Shown here: positions 10,941 to 23,700 of the stretch, in pieces
Numbering within the stretch: the stretch's first letter is position 1
Layout of the letters: each line of letters begins with the position of its first letter
Origin: Nemertoderma westbladi
Lineage: Eukaryota > Animalia > Xenacoelomorpha
Length of the DNA stretch: 43,621 nucleotides
NCBI GenBank assembly: GCA_032718475.1
Contig: JAUCBJ010008843.1
Location: forward strand, 1 to 43,621
Direction: 5' to 3'
Position numbers and translations under genes: made by a program
The notes under the pieces: model-generated
What the model was told of the DNA's origin: nothing
The model's database searches: none
The model's input: the letters and a program-made list of their open reading frames with translations, nothing else

Positions 10941-11011
10941 TTGGGGTATTTTATCTGGGGTAGACCTATTTATACTTTATAATGAATCAATAAAAAACTC
11001 AATAAACGCAA

Positions 11012-11225
11012 TGAACTCAATAAAAATTCATCCCTCTCCTCCAGGGGGAATTTGACTCAAATAACATATGATTACTCTCAAAAATAAAACTGTAACCTGT
11101 TCATTTATGTTTAATTTATTGTTTTGGTTCAAATAACGTGCCACTGTTCCCTGCTCCTTTCCCTAAATTGAGAATTTAACATTGAGTCGGGTTATTAATT
11201 CGCCAAGGCGAGTTTTGCGTCCAGT
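11012..11225. mobile_element. MITE family A copy
   Basis: Reverse-orientation match to 15918-16133. Ends ttttgcgtccagt followed by poly-C. Confidence 0.7.
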
Positions 11226-11340
11226 TGCCCCCCCCCCCCCCCCCCCCAATCCCCGTCTCGATAAATAATAATTACATAATCATAAATTCACCCAAATATG
11301 CCGACTCTGTTAGCACAGAGCCAGAACCTGATATTGTAAT

Positions 11341-12972
11341 GTGGGGCGAGCCACGAAGTGAGTGAGCCTTAGCGTAGTGGTACCATTAATCAACCTGTGG
11401 GGCGAGCCACGAAGTGAGTGAGCCTTAGCGTAGTGGTACCATTAATCAACCTGTCGTTCTGTCGTTCTGTCGTGTTCAATTTTAAACGTTAATAACTCGG
11501 CCAATCTTTGATGAAATCTATCCAAACTTGGTACACATGTTGTTTGGCAAAAGTTTAGAAATTTTCCAAGTAGAATTTCAGTGTGGCCTTCGAGAAGCTA
11601 AGATAATAGCAGTTAATTAGTTAATTAAGTTATTACGGTAAAAACACCATTTTCAACCTGCCTTTTAAAGGAAATTAATTGTTTTACAGTATAAGATTTA
11701 AATAATTATAATTAAAAACTATACAGATGTAATCCCCATACGCCATTCTATTATAGTTTTTAATTAGTTCAAGTGATTTGCTTTAATAATTGTGTCTTTA
11801 ATTGATCTAAAGTAATTAAAACGGCAAAAAAAATTTATTCTCATTAAATACTGCTCATTTATTGGCCAACATGCTGGTACATAGATGGGATGTGTGTGTC
11901 ATTCCCAGTTGCTGGGAATGATTATTGGTCAAGTCTCTGCTGCTGGCTGGGAGTTGTTGCTAAGACTAACCAGAGAGGAATAGTAATAGACAACCAGTAT
12001 TGCTATTCCAGCCCAGACAGCATTCTTTAAATTCACTATAAATGTTGTATTGCTATCTCAGGTGAATGACAGATATCATAACATAAATACTATCCATGGC
12101 ATGGCTGTTGTGTAGGCTTCTGAAATAGTTTATTCCACAATGTATATGTCTGGTTATTTTTTAATTGAATTTTTGCAAAGTAGTAAAATTAATGTTCTTA
12201 AAAATAATATTATTATTTTATATGTAACCTAGGAAATTAGCTACATTTTTTCGCTGCAGCTTTAAGAGTGTACATTAATTTAATATTATTTCAATACCCA
12301 TATTACTACATCGGCATAAGATGCGTTGGCGTTGTATCACACATCTCCACATATCACACATATCCACATAGATGTATCAACAGTTACTCGCACAGTTTCG
12401 AAACTTCGCATAGTTATAACTGTATAAAGATCGTCAGTCTGCGTTTAGGAAAAATATTTTATAACAAAACAGGACAAGCGACGAGCGCAACGAGGCATAT
12501 AATGAAGACGAGTACTGCGTTGACTAAATTATTATATAAACCACCTGGCTTCACATATTGATCGCATCCCTAGTTATTATTATTATAAAGAACGTCCTAG
12601 CCTGCGTTTAAGAAATATATTTAAATACAAAACAGGACGAACGCAACGAGGCTTATAATGAATACGAGTACTGCGTTTATTATATTCCTATAAACCACCT
12701 GGCTTTGCATATTGAACGTGCGATTGGAAATAAGTTCGTGCTACCCTTCCGTGGGTGGTAGATGTCGCGGTTATGTATTGGTGGTTGGGAAGGGTGGGGG
12801 GGGGGGGGGGGATTAAAAGGGGTGAACACGTACTGTCCCCCTTTCTTTGATTGATTGGTGGTGTGGGTAAATTTCTCAAAACCTGATTTTGTGATACAGT
12901 CGCTCAATTTTAATTTGTATCTCATAACTGGGCCTCGTGCTGCGCGAAGGCCCCACGAACGTGTTTTCAGTT
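11341..12972 (+). mobile_element. Non-autonomous Helentron/DINE-1-like element
   Basis: Head gtggggcgagccacgaag (a 56-bp head duplicated in tandem), (ctgtcgtt)n microsatellite, aaacttggtacac motif, and a 3' hairpin gggcctcgtgctgcgcgaaggccc at ~12930-12953. Related pieces occur elsewhere in the window. That the two ends belong to one element is inferred. Confidence 0.55.
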
Positions 12973-13668
12973 ACTAACGCCCTCGAATTCAGACCCAGCT
13001 ACTAGAAATAGGCCGCTCTGCCTAATCTGAATTTCATCAGTATACCGAACTCGTTCGAGACAGAGTGTCGCTATTTAATAGCTACCTCTCGCCCTGTAAC
13101 TGTAACAGACCCAGCTACTAACTATAGAACTATAATTAGGAGTTAGGACGCTTTCATACAGAACATTGCCATTTCATAATGACTCTAACCTGAAGCTACA
13201 CAAAGGAAAAGGTGAGAAGTGATTATCTAATAATAACATACAAAATCCGATTATTATACATACAGTTGCTCCATTTAACAAAGCCGCATCCAACTAACTC
13301 CCTTATTACGTATTAGCCTGTGCTGTCTCAATGCCTCAGTGGGTGGTCTCTACTACAACTGCAAGGCCGGACTCAGCTCCGGGTAAGTTAATAATCTGTC
13401 AATAATAAAAATGAAGCGAGCCGACATTTAGTAAGAGCAGCCAAATGGATGGCCAAGGAGACAGACTGTCTGGATTGAGCTGACTCGAGTTAAATCGCTT
13501 CACCAAAATTACCAAACAGCACATAGGAATACACTACATTTTTTTTGGCGATTTTGGTCATTTTGGCCGCCAAAACGACTAAGTTAATGCTTATTGGGAT
13601 TGGGACTGTATTACACACAACCCAATGATGCTTATTTTATCATCATCATCATTCAAATAAATTAAATA

Positions 13669-14113
13669 ATGTCTTTCGATTCCGATATGGTTATGCCAAT
13701 AGTAAGACATTCATTTTTTTGCAGAAGATGGTGAGCCGTATATTATTATTGATTATAAAATTTTCCGTCGGGGTGATGATAATTATAAAATAGTTTTTTC
13801 TGAAAAAGCCAGGAAAGTTTTAAGCACAATTGATATTGATGCTTCTGAAAATACCATTCATCTCTTAGATTACAACGTAAAAGATGATCACGGAGGAAAA
13901 TTAATCAACATCTTACTATTATCGATGATAGATGGGTTAATTGTTATTACACAATACAACGAGGCTGGTGAAAAGTTTGAAATACAACTAAATCGACATA
14001 ATCCCTTCGAAATTATGTCTTTCTTTATTGTAATGATTTCAAAAGAATCCTTTGTCGAGACTGAAGAATTAACAGATAATGTTGAATTTGTTGATAATAT
14101 CATTGATTCTTGA
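13669..14113 (+). pseudogene. AT-rich orphan ORF (~147 aa) with a 1-nt frameshift in a T run; possibly Polinton/virus-derived
   Basis: MSFDSDMVMPIVRHSFF, then a frameshift, then AEDGEPYIIIDYKIF...DNIIDS. The frame is open from 13706 to 14113. Confidence 0.35.
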
Positions 14114-14124
14114 CTTTTTCCATT
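13918..14124 (+). repeat. 207-bp direct repeat, left copy
   Basis: Reads identically to 28647-28853. Confidence 0.95.
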
Positions 14125-14309
14125 TCCGTTTCGTACAACGCTCTCCTTCACCTTGATGAAGGGTTGTATCGCGTTAAACGGGACGACCATCTGGTTGGAT
14201 AGTGATATTAGGTGTCCGCGTCACAATCCGGCTAGGTAAGATGGGCGGCTAGCTAGAAATCACTGTCGGAGTGTTACCGATTAATTGTTAGGGTAGCACT
14301 AGATCTTTG

Positions 14310-14720
14310 AACAGTGAATACACGTTCGTGGGGCCTTCGCGCAGCACGAGGCCCAGTTATGAGATACAAATTAAAATTGTGCGACTGTATCACAAAATCA
14401 GGTTATGAGAGATTAACCAACACCACCAATTAATCAAAGAAAGGGGGACAGTACGTGTTCACCCCTTTTAATCTGCACCCCCCCGCCCCCTCCCTTCCCA
14501 CCCACCAATACATAACCGCGACATCTACCACCCACGGAAGGGTAGCACGAACTTATTTCCAAACGCACGTTCAATATGCAAAGCCAGGTGGTTTATAGGA
14601 ATATAATCAATGCAGTACTCGTCTTCATTATAAGCCTCTTTGCGTTCGACCTGTTTTGTATTAAAATATATTTATTAAACGCAGGCTGACGCTCTTTATA
14701 ATAATAATACCTAGGGATGC
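14310..14720 (-). mobile_element. Helentron/DINE-like 3' part, inverted relative to 12565-12972
   Basis: ~400-bp reverse-complement match including the terminal hairpin. Confidence 0.8.
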
Positions 14721-15051
14721 CAGCTTCCAGACTTTCAATCTTTACTGCCGCGCAAACCCCGCAGAGGAAGTTTTGGTTTGAGAGATCAAGCCCATCGGCA
14801 ATTGGTGTTTCAATTTCGGTCCAGGAACTCTGACAATGGGAGCATTCAATCTTAGCTGTGGTCCATTCCCGTGGTTTCGGCTTCCTTTTCTTCGTCCCAA
14901 TGACAGATTCTTCTGAAGACGTTCGATTCGCTTTCAGTTTATTGTTGGCGTTTGTGTTTTGAAGTTGTATTCGAGTGGACAGTCGCGCCGGTTTCGAGGT
15001 AACCATACCGACCTGTGATAAGCGTTGGTTTTGTTGAGTGTCGGTATTCAT
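14720..15051 (-). mobile_element. Probable CR1/L2-type LINE ORF1 N-terminal fragment
   Basis: IECSHCQSSW...NFLCGVCAAVKIESLE is a partial PHD-like Cys motif leading into a coiled coil. It is cut by the adjacent repeat. Confidence 0.4.
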
Positions 15052-15917
15052 CTTCTCTCACCTCTTCAATGTCAGATGTTGCAAATACTGATAACACGAA
15101 TAACGGTATATATTTCAATACTTGTCAATAGTAATATATATAATTTAGATAACTATTTTATATCTGTACTGTTGAGCAAACTCTACATAAATTTCAACCT
15201 GTGTATCGCCGGTAGGGCTGTTGCTGTGCAAGTGCTAGTTGCCACCGGTCAGCCGGTACCGGTAGTAGGGTGGTACCATGGCCTACTACACACAGGCCAT
15301 GACAAGGACTTTGCTGTGAAATTAGCGTAGGCTGACTGGTGACTGATGAATTATCAAATATTATATTTTCCATGAATGCAGGGTCCATATTTAAAAGAAG
15401 ATGACTAGATTTTCGTAAAGAATTTAATTGAAACAGTATTTTTAATAATTATAATAAATTAATTATCGCTCGAGTTCCTGCAGCTTTTATTCGTGGCAGG
15501 AATGTTTGAACGCTAATAAGTCGGTCAATCATGGATGAAATGGAACCAAACTTGGTACACTTGTAGTCTTAAAAAAATGTAGAAATTCTACACACAGACA
15601 GACTTCTACAGTTCCCCGGTCTGCCGCTAGGGGGCGAATTAACAGAAACGTAAAAATAGCTGTAATTATAGAACCAACGATCAGATTCATCTGAAATTTA
15701 GTAGTAGTTACCTAAGAGCATTGCTTAATTATAAATTCTACAGAGACTTTTACAGTTCCTGTCTGCCGCTAGTGGGGAATTGTTAGAGCTCCAGTTCAAC
15801 GTGCTTAGCATGGTATAATAAACAATCAATTAATTATTTTATTCAATACAGTAATTATAACAGTAAAATGCAATGTATTCTATTTTTTAGTGAAATCAAG
15901 AGATAGGAGGGGGGTGG

Positions 15918-16133
15918 GACTGGACGCAAATCCCATCTTGGCGAATTAATATCCCGCCTCAATATTAATTTCTAAATTTTGGGAAAGGAGCAGGTTACAG
16001 TGGCACGTTATTTTAACCAAAACAATAAAGTAAACACAATAGAACAGGTTACAGTTTTATTTTTGAGAGTAATCAGCTGTTGTTATTTGCGTCCAATTTC
16101 CCCTGGAGAGGGATGAATTTTTATTGCGTCCAG
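15918..16133. mobile_element. MITE family A, complete copy
   Basis: TIR ctggacgcaa ... ttgcgtccag, flanked by G-rich and poly-C tracts. Confidence 0.8.
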
Positions 16134-16299
16134 CCCCCCCCCCCCTATCTTGAAATCAAATACCAAAAATATATTTATTATATGAACAATCTATTTGGAA
16201 ATTGTAAGTTCGGCCTATCTCTTTACCATAAGCTCAGTATCTTTATCTGGTGTGTTTTTATTATTTTACCAATTATTTAATATGTTTGATAGAATTGAA

Positions 16300-16910
16300 C
16301 AACACCGCCCAACACAACCAACTCTCTATCCGCCTCGAGCATCGAGAATACGAGAAACTCGATCGAAATACCTGCTTATCCCAGTAGTATCCGTCCGTAG
16401 TCAGAGTCACCGGACCGCTGCGGTTTACTCCCGTAGAACAGTAGAATTCCCGCAGCTTCCGACCCAATTCGACAACGAATTCGCTTCACACTTTCGCGTC
16501 ACAGAGAACGTAATCCAGTGCGATAACGTCTGCCCAACGTTCAACCATTTCCCCCAGGCGATCCCAGGATCCGGGCCGCCGCTAAACCCAGATCGCAATC
16601 CTCGTCGATTCGTCCAGTCGTCGACGTAAGTCAGTAAGTGGGACTCTTCCCACCGCACTCCAAGGTGGGTGACCGGAGTGAGGCATGATGAACTTGGCAG
16701 TGGCCCGCATTACGATCTGACCGACCGCCGTATTCCCAGTGTCTGAGTGTAGTAAATACCCAAATAGAATCGTACTGACAAACAAGCAATTCCGTAGTAT
16801 TCCCCCGTTAATCACCTCTTGAAGCAACTCGGCTGCTCGGGTCCAGATACATCGGACTGTCGGGAGCGTTTCAGACATCAGACAGTAATGGAGCGGCATT
16901 TGCGAATATT
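16300..16910 (-). mobile_element. Degenerate L1/Tx1-like LINE, C-terminal zinc-finger region and 3' part
   Basis: CLMSETL...VRCIWTRAAELL...ILFG resembles a decayed zf-RVT region, and the GC content is higher than the flanks. Confidence 0.4.
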
Positions 16911-17744
16911 TCCAATGGTTTTATAATAAATAAGGGGATTCAACAGTTCAATGCTAAAACAAATGGATTATTCCTAACCCCACCCCAATACAGCAATATA
17001 CCTAACAGTATATAGCTTAGGTACCACAGTCTGACTAGCTTTAAATATTAGAGTATGAAAATTATTATAGGACCCTCATGGAAACGAGGTATATACCTCA
17101 TGAGGCTATCCTTACACCAGAACCTTTTATTTAAGTAAATAAACATTTTATAAGTTGACTATCTACATAAATCAGTATTGGTGCTCCTAAATATCTAGTG
17201 TTATTAGGCCTACTTGTACTGTAGGCCTAATATCGTAACGTAATCTTTATAAATGTATTATTGTGAATTTTAAAAGGTTTAATTATGTGTAAAAAACAAT
17301 CAATCAATCAAACCATAATCAGCACAGTAAGCCTACGCATGGGTGGTACCTACGGTGCGCACTACAACGGCTGAACGGCAGTACAGCAATACGGTGTACC
17401 GTGCCAATGACTGAATGATTAGCGGTAACTACTGAACTATCTAAACTATTATATTATTATTACCGGTACTAGGCTAATTAGGCCTAAACTATAATCACCG
17501 CAAGGGTTTCCGGGGCCATGTTTAGATTACATGATATGGCATGTCTGCAGTGTATGGTACCGGCTGACCTGTATTACAGCCTGACAGTACCGGTACAAAT
17601 GGTACATGCAGATTGGCAGACAGCCCCTATGTTTTGCAAAATTTGTCAGAAAACCAGCTGATTTATCCTACAGTAATAATAATTTAACGCATGTTAATTT
17701 TGGATAAATAAATATATTATAACTACAATAACAGTTACACTGAT

Positions 17745-17968
17745 GCTGCACGAAGGCCCCACGCAAATTCTACTTGGAAAATTTTCAAACTTTTGCCAAA
17801 CAACATGTGTACCAAGTTTGGATAGATTTCATCAAGGATTGGCCGAGTTATTAACGTTTAAAATAAAATACTGAAAAAAAACGCGACAGAACGACAGAAC
17901 GACAGAACGACAGGTTGATTAATGGTACCACTACGCTAAGGCTCTCTCACTTCGTGGCTCGCCCCACA
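17745..17968 (-). mobile_element. Short Helentron/DINE-like copy
   Basis: Reverse complement of ~11397-11600, with (gacagaac)n and the end cgtggctcgccccaca. Confidence 0.8.
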
Positions 17969-19160
17969 GTCCGCGAGGATCCGCGACACCACCAGGATCG
18001 CAGGTCTGAGGTCCAACTCCAGGATCGTTCGAGCCGAGTGAGCATAGGTGATACGTCAAACAAGTTTCGCTCGAAACTCCAGTAAATATAACGAGCACAA
18101 CTGTGTTTAACACAACGTTTCCGTGGATGTTTATGTCTTTTCGTTTATTGGCTGGGTCTAGGGCATTTATCGTAATAATACCAAAGACGCACGTCTTGAA
18201 GGAGAAACGCGGGTGATATTTATTTGTTGTTATAATGCTTCTATCAAGAATTCCAAATATATGTTGGAGTTACCGCGTTTATTTGTTTCTTTAACCCTAT
18301 CCATACCGGGGGGGGGACTTTTGGAGACGCACTTTATTTGATTGCTTGGTTCAAAGCCAATCCACATTTATTGCAAGTGAAATTCCGTTACTTTTCCTAA
18401 AATTTATTATTCTTTATCTTAAAACAAAAATTAATTTTCATATTATTATTTATGACCATGAAAATGACTCGTAAACTGACCTGTCTCTGAAACTGTCATA
18501 TTATTGCTGAACTATTATAGGCGGGAAATTTAAAATTCAATCAATTTAATATAAATTTAAAATCAATTTAAACATAATTATAGTATATAAATATTATATT
18601 TCAGCATTAGTGTGTGGCATATTTGGATAGAGGAATAAATTTTGTATCTAAAACTTTTTACTTTAAAGTAATATCATTAAACCACACAAAGTTATATGCT
18701 TCCAAACTTTACGTCCCCAAAAGTCCCCCCCCCGGTAGGTGGAGCGTCTAAAGTACCCCGGTATGGATAGGGTTAATGTCTTTTCTTTCGAGTCGATTTC
18801 GAATAGGATTTTCGCATTAGAATTTTGGTTTATCGTTTCGACTCCTCTGGGTAGGATATGTTCGACATAGTCCGTATCGTGTAAATCGATAGAATGGCCA
18901 ATGGTTAAGAAGTCCATATACATACCATTACAATGCGTGTAGCGAGCGGTGAATTTTCCATAGTCCAATTCACGCGTAAGTTACTTCCAGGAAATCGTAG
19001 GTTCGATATAACGACCATCATCCTTCGTAGTAGTTGGACTAGTATCACCGCGTATCAAGCTATCAACAAACGTTTGAAAGTAGAGTATATCGCTCCCCGA
19101 TACCAAGACCATCTTCTATCAACTCCGTCATATCTGCTATATATGAGTTTATCCATACTA
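17969..19160 (-). mobile_element. Degenerate L1/Tx1-like LINE post-RT region, split by a piggyBac MITE
   Basis: EDGLGI (frameshift) DILYFQTF..SLIR...WK resembles the GGLG.PD motif that follows RT. Stops and frameshifts are present. Confidence 0.4.
18295..18772. mobile_element. piggyBac-type MITE, 478 bp
   Basis: TTAA|CCCTATCCATACCGGGG ... CCCCGGTATGGATAGGG|TTAA: perfect 17-bp TIRs and a TTAA target-site duplication. Confidence 0.93.
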
Positions 19161-20788
19161 TAATGAGTTTATATTTAGGCTAGCGAGCGTCGCTGCCTAC
19201 CCCAATCAGCCCCTGGACAGTGCGAGATCCTCAGCACCGATGTGTCGTCGCCGCTGTACTTTCGCCAACGACGTAGCTGCACAACGACAACGACAACCGG
19301 CACAAGTCACTCGACTGTCCGTCCCAAAGGCTTAGATACACCTCAGGTTCTTACTGGAGAGTTAGGGTTACTTTCACAATTGCGACTCGCTACTGTAAAC
19401 ACACCTTAGTATTAACATTCGCCTATAAACTCACAAATACCACACACACAACTTGTCACAAATTACACACACTCGGGTCACTTGTCCGTTAGTCAGTGCC
19501 TTCCAGAATGTCACTGTATTATTGTGTATCCTTGGATACTAGCAGTGCGCTATTTATTCCCTATGCTATTCAATGGGACAAGCTTTCTATTGTTCTTTTA
19601 ACTCAATTCTAATTCTAGCGTGGTTGTTGCTATGGTGACATTATGCAAAGCTAGCGGTAGAATTAGGGTAATTCCAATGCATACAGCTCTGGGATGTTAT
19701 TTAATAGTAATTCTTTAATGGTCAATGTCCTGTTTTATACATGGCTTTATGAATTTTATCGGCTATTGGCTATGTTTGGGAGACTTTCGCACACTCATAC
19801 GCATAATAAGATAAATCTCCGCTCCCTTGATCTATTAATTAATGGAATTTTGGGAATGTTATAAATTGCGTAAAAATGGCAATTTATTAAATTCATTAAA
19901 AGGCATGAATTTAAATTTATTCCCTGAAATTTTATTATTTGGTAATTAAATTGACATATTTTGATTCTAGAACATGTCTGGGGACACAAGATCCTTAATT
20001 CTATGACAATTGTCTTTTTAAGAATATCGGTAAATGCTACGATATCTTAATTGACTAGAATTGTTGAAGGATCTGAATTTTACAGATTTTGATTTATTAG
20101 ATTTGCAAATATTAAATAATTAATATTTGAGATGGGCACCGATTTATTCCAGAACTTGTCTGGGGACGTTAACCACTGATTCTAGAATTTGTCTTTCAAG
20201 TATATCGGTGGGTGCCGCGATATCTTAATCGACTAGAATTACAGATGGTCAAAGGGTTTAACAGATTTATTTTGCGTTATACGCTACTGTTAAAGGGACA
20301 TCACGCTACTATATGTATTATTTAATATACGGTATGAGAGCAATATCGCACGAAGCAATGTCAGTGTGAAGAGGCAAGTCGTTTCCAAGGTCTACCCAGA
20401 GCTTGGTTTAGCCGAGACACGAGGATCTGAACTTTGCATTCCTAATACTCTGCCTACCTATAATACTTGAATATAGTAGTGGCTTTATTGTACTTTAATA
20501 AGTACGGATATTTCATCTTACTGTAGTCACGTATTTATAATATGATACGGACAGTAAGGAAAGAGAAAAATAATTATTTCTCGCCGTCGCACTAAACATA
20601 TAATATACGTAATTAAATAATAAACGCGAATATATATTGCACTAATCTACTAAATAATCTCTAAAATACCATACTACTAAATAAAATTAAATAAAACGAT
20701 TAAAATAAAATTACATAATAATACATACATAAATATAAAAATAAAACAAATACAAAATAATAGAGTCACACACCCACTCCATATGTTG

Positions 20789-23700
20789 TTACGTTATGGA
20801 GTCCCTAGATGTTTGAAGGATTAGGGAGGTGGTCGTGGGAAGAGAATCTTGCCTTCCACAGTTTCCGGAGAGTCCTCCATTCCCTTCCGGTAAACACAAA
20901 CGACCGACTGGGTGATTGAGTCGCTGCATCCTGAATACAATTCCAGGTTTCCTCTTCGTCCTGGAATAGTGACGATAGAAACATCGCTCTAAGTACACGA
21001 CGGCCTTACAAAGCCGATTCCAGGAGCTATAGTGGTCCGTCGCTCCCTGCAGGAGAGGTGAGAGTCCCTGCGAGACGTCTGATGTTCCAGAGCTCCAATC
21101 GCTCTCTCTGATCTTCATGAAGGATCCACTCGCGGTGGGGAGGTCCAGATCCACGGCGTCGTCCCTGGCAATATGTAATACCGACAGATCTATCCCGGGT
21201 TCAAATAACTCCGATCCACCCGTCCGGGTTTTAGGTTTGACTTTCTCCGCTCCCTTGGCTGGTCTAATCTCAGTCGGAGTAAGATGGGGAGGCCATTCAT
21301 CCTCCTTACTCAGGAAGTCGGGTTCACCTAACCGGTCTGTAGTATCTGTCAGTTCTTGAGGAGTTGCTCCTCTGGAAGCGATGTCAGTTGGATTAAACTT
21401 CTTGGGGCAATATCTCCATTGATCTACATTGGAGCTAATATCGTCATTATCTGAGGAGTATGGTGTTCCCTCAGTTGGGTCGTCTCCCTCACTAGTATCA
21501 TCTTCCCATTCACTCACCTGGCAGACGCGATCTTGAAGCAGTCTTTCTCTGAGCATTCTTCGGGAAGGTCCAGTAAGGTACCAACCTACTCTAGTTCTTA
21601 CCGCATAGGTCTGAAGTGGTTGCGGTTGAGCAGGTCGTTTCTCCAATGTCTCCAGCGCCTCATGCGCGTTTTGACCGATTAATATTTGTACTCCAGGATA
21701 ATCGGTGTCGAATCTAGGAATGTTAAGTTGTTGGGCATGATCATCTTCGTCCCAATTATAAGGTTCCACTTGGGTGGTAGCGAAGTTCTTTATTGCCACC
21801 ATTTTGACTGACCTTATACTGTGTTCTCCTAGTTTATCCTGTGGAGTGGACAACTCACCTATATAATAGTCGGCAGCCACAGCAGATTTCCAAACCTGCA
21901 TGATCCCTGACATGTTTAGCTTGGTTCGGAACTTGGGTTGTCCAGCAAAGATGTCTTCGGCTAGTTCTTTATCGATGAATGTTCCTGTGCTGCCGGAGTC
22001 CAGGAGGGCGTTCACTATATAGCTCTTCTGAGGTCCGTGGACCCGTAACTGGACTACAGGAAATTCTCGGATTCCTACATTTGAAGTTGGCGCTTTCCAA
22101 GATTGTTGTTGATCTGAAGTAGTTAGGGTGAGGTCGCTGTCTGTGTCTTTCTCATACATGAGTGCTCGATACACTGCGGTGGTGTTTATTAAGTAACAGG
22201 ATTCGTTTTGGTCGGAGAATTCGTCCGTATAGAATCCTTCCATCTCAGATTGATCAGTGTCGTTCACATCACTGAATTGGACATGTAGTTCGGAATCACT
22301 CACCTGACTCGGACTATTTCGCTCGAATTCAGTGTGCAACAAGATATGATGTTTCGCACCGCACTTTGCACACCTTGCGTCGGAGTAACAGGTTTGCCGT
22401 TGGTGTCCTCGTCTGAGGCAATTATAACACAACCGCTTATCCCACATGACTTCCCGTCTCTCTTTTAATGATTTCTTTAAGAATTTATCACACGCATTTA
22501 AACGGTGGGGCCCGTCGCACAGCACACATTTGGGCTTGATGTTACTTACTTTAACATGTGCTGTGTGGTGCACGTTCGTTCTTTCCTCGGGCTTTCTCAC
22601 CTGAATTCTCTTGGGAGACGTAGGAGGAGTTTTTCTTACCTGTTCTCTCCTGTCATTGGTTCGAGACTTGAATTTACTTACCTGGTCTTTAGGCGTTTTA
22701 TTGACATAAGATCTTTCAGTGTCTTTCCCGCTATCCTCTCCTTGAGAAGTCTGGCTTTCGCCGTCGTCTGTATAACACACTGGTGTTACCTTTCTTCTGG
22801 AGACAGGTTTCTCACTTACCTTGTTTTCCGATGTCTTCTCTCTGGACTGCTTTATGAGCTGTAATTTCACTTCGCCATCCAAGAATGTCATGAGATCAGT
22901 CATGGTAGGGTCTCGTTGTTGTTGTTCCATCATGTATAACACTTTCTTGTCCCAGCGTGTACCTACTCCACCCTTCGGTAAAGTAGAAGCCACTGCTCTA
23001 ATAACCATAGCACTCTGATACTCATGAGACTTACCTAGCCAATCTAATTGTCTGCAGATCTCCTGAATTTCATCGGAAAACTCTATAATCCCGCTGCTAA
23101 TAAACTTTCGGGGCGCTACCAACTTTGCATACAAATACCCAGCTATGTTATTCCTATTACCATACCTGATGTTTAGTGTATCCCAAACTTGTCTTAATCC
23201 GTCTGGATGTCCAATAAAGCTTAACGCCATTAACTTGGGAGATCCTTCCAAGCACTCTATGAGGAATCTAAGTTTCTCTCCATTAGATAGTACAGAGTTC
23301 TGTATGTTATCTTTGTAATATTCATTAAAAGGTAACCATTTCATCTCATCTCCATTAAACTTGACGATCTCTCCCACCTTCACCGCTTGCCGGGCTTCGG
23401 TTCTAGCCATTTGACGCGTAAAACTTTCTTGGGCCATCGTGTTATTTAATATCGAGTTATCGGTATATAAATTTCTCGGATTATGATCAGGTCTATAGGG
23501 AATGTCATTATCAACAGGTCTATAATTACCCTTAATAGGGTTCACTATAGGAGTTTCTACTTCGCTAGCAGTATATATGCGTGTAGGCTCCACACCTTGC
23601 GCATGACATACTTCAGACCTAACAGGTTGACACATTGTTACTGAGGGTGGTAGTATACCCTTTTGTGTATTTACTAATTTATCGCGTTCTAGCGCGATAC

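Noticed and set aside
16300-19160. env-like gene downstream of the Bel/Pao ORF
   Set aside because: The translated fragments resemble the LINE post-RT and zinc-finger regions, and no signal peptide, transmembrane segment or long ORF is seen.
19165-20788. 3' LTR of the Bel/Pao element
   Set aside because: No match to 28273-28646 was found by eye; 'tgtaaacac' at ~19394 does not extend.
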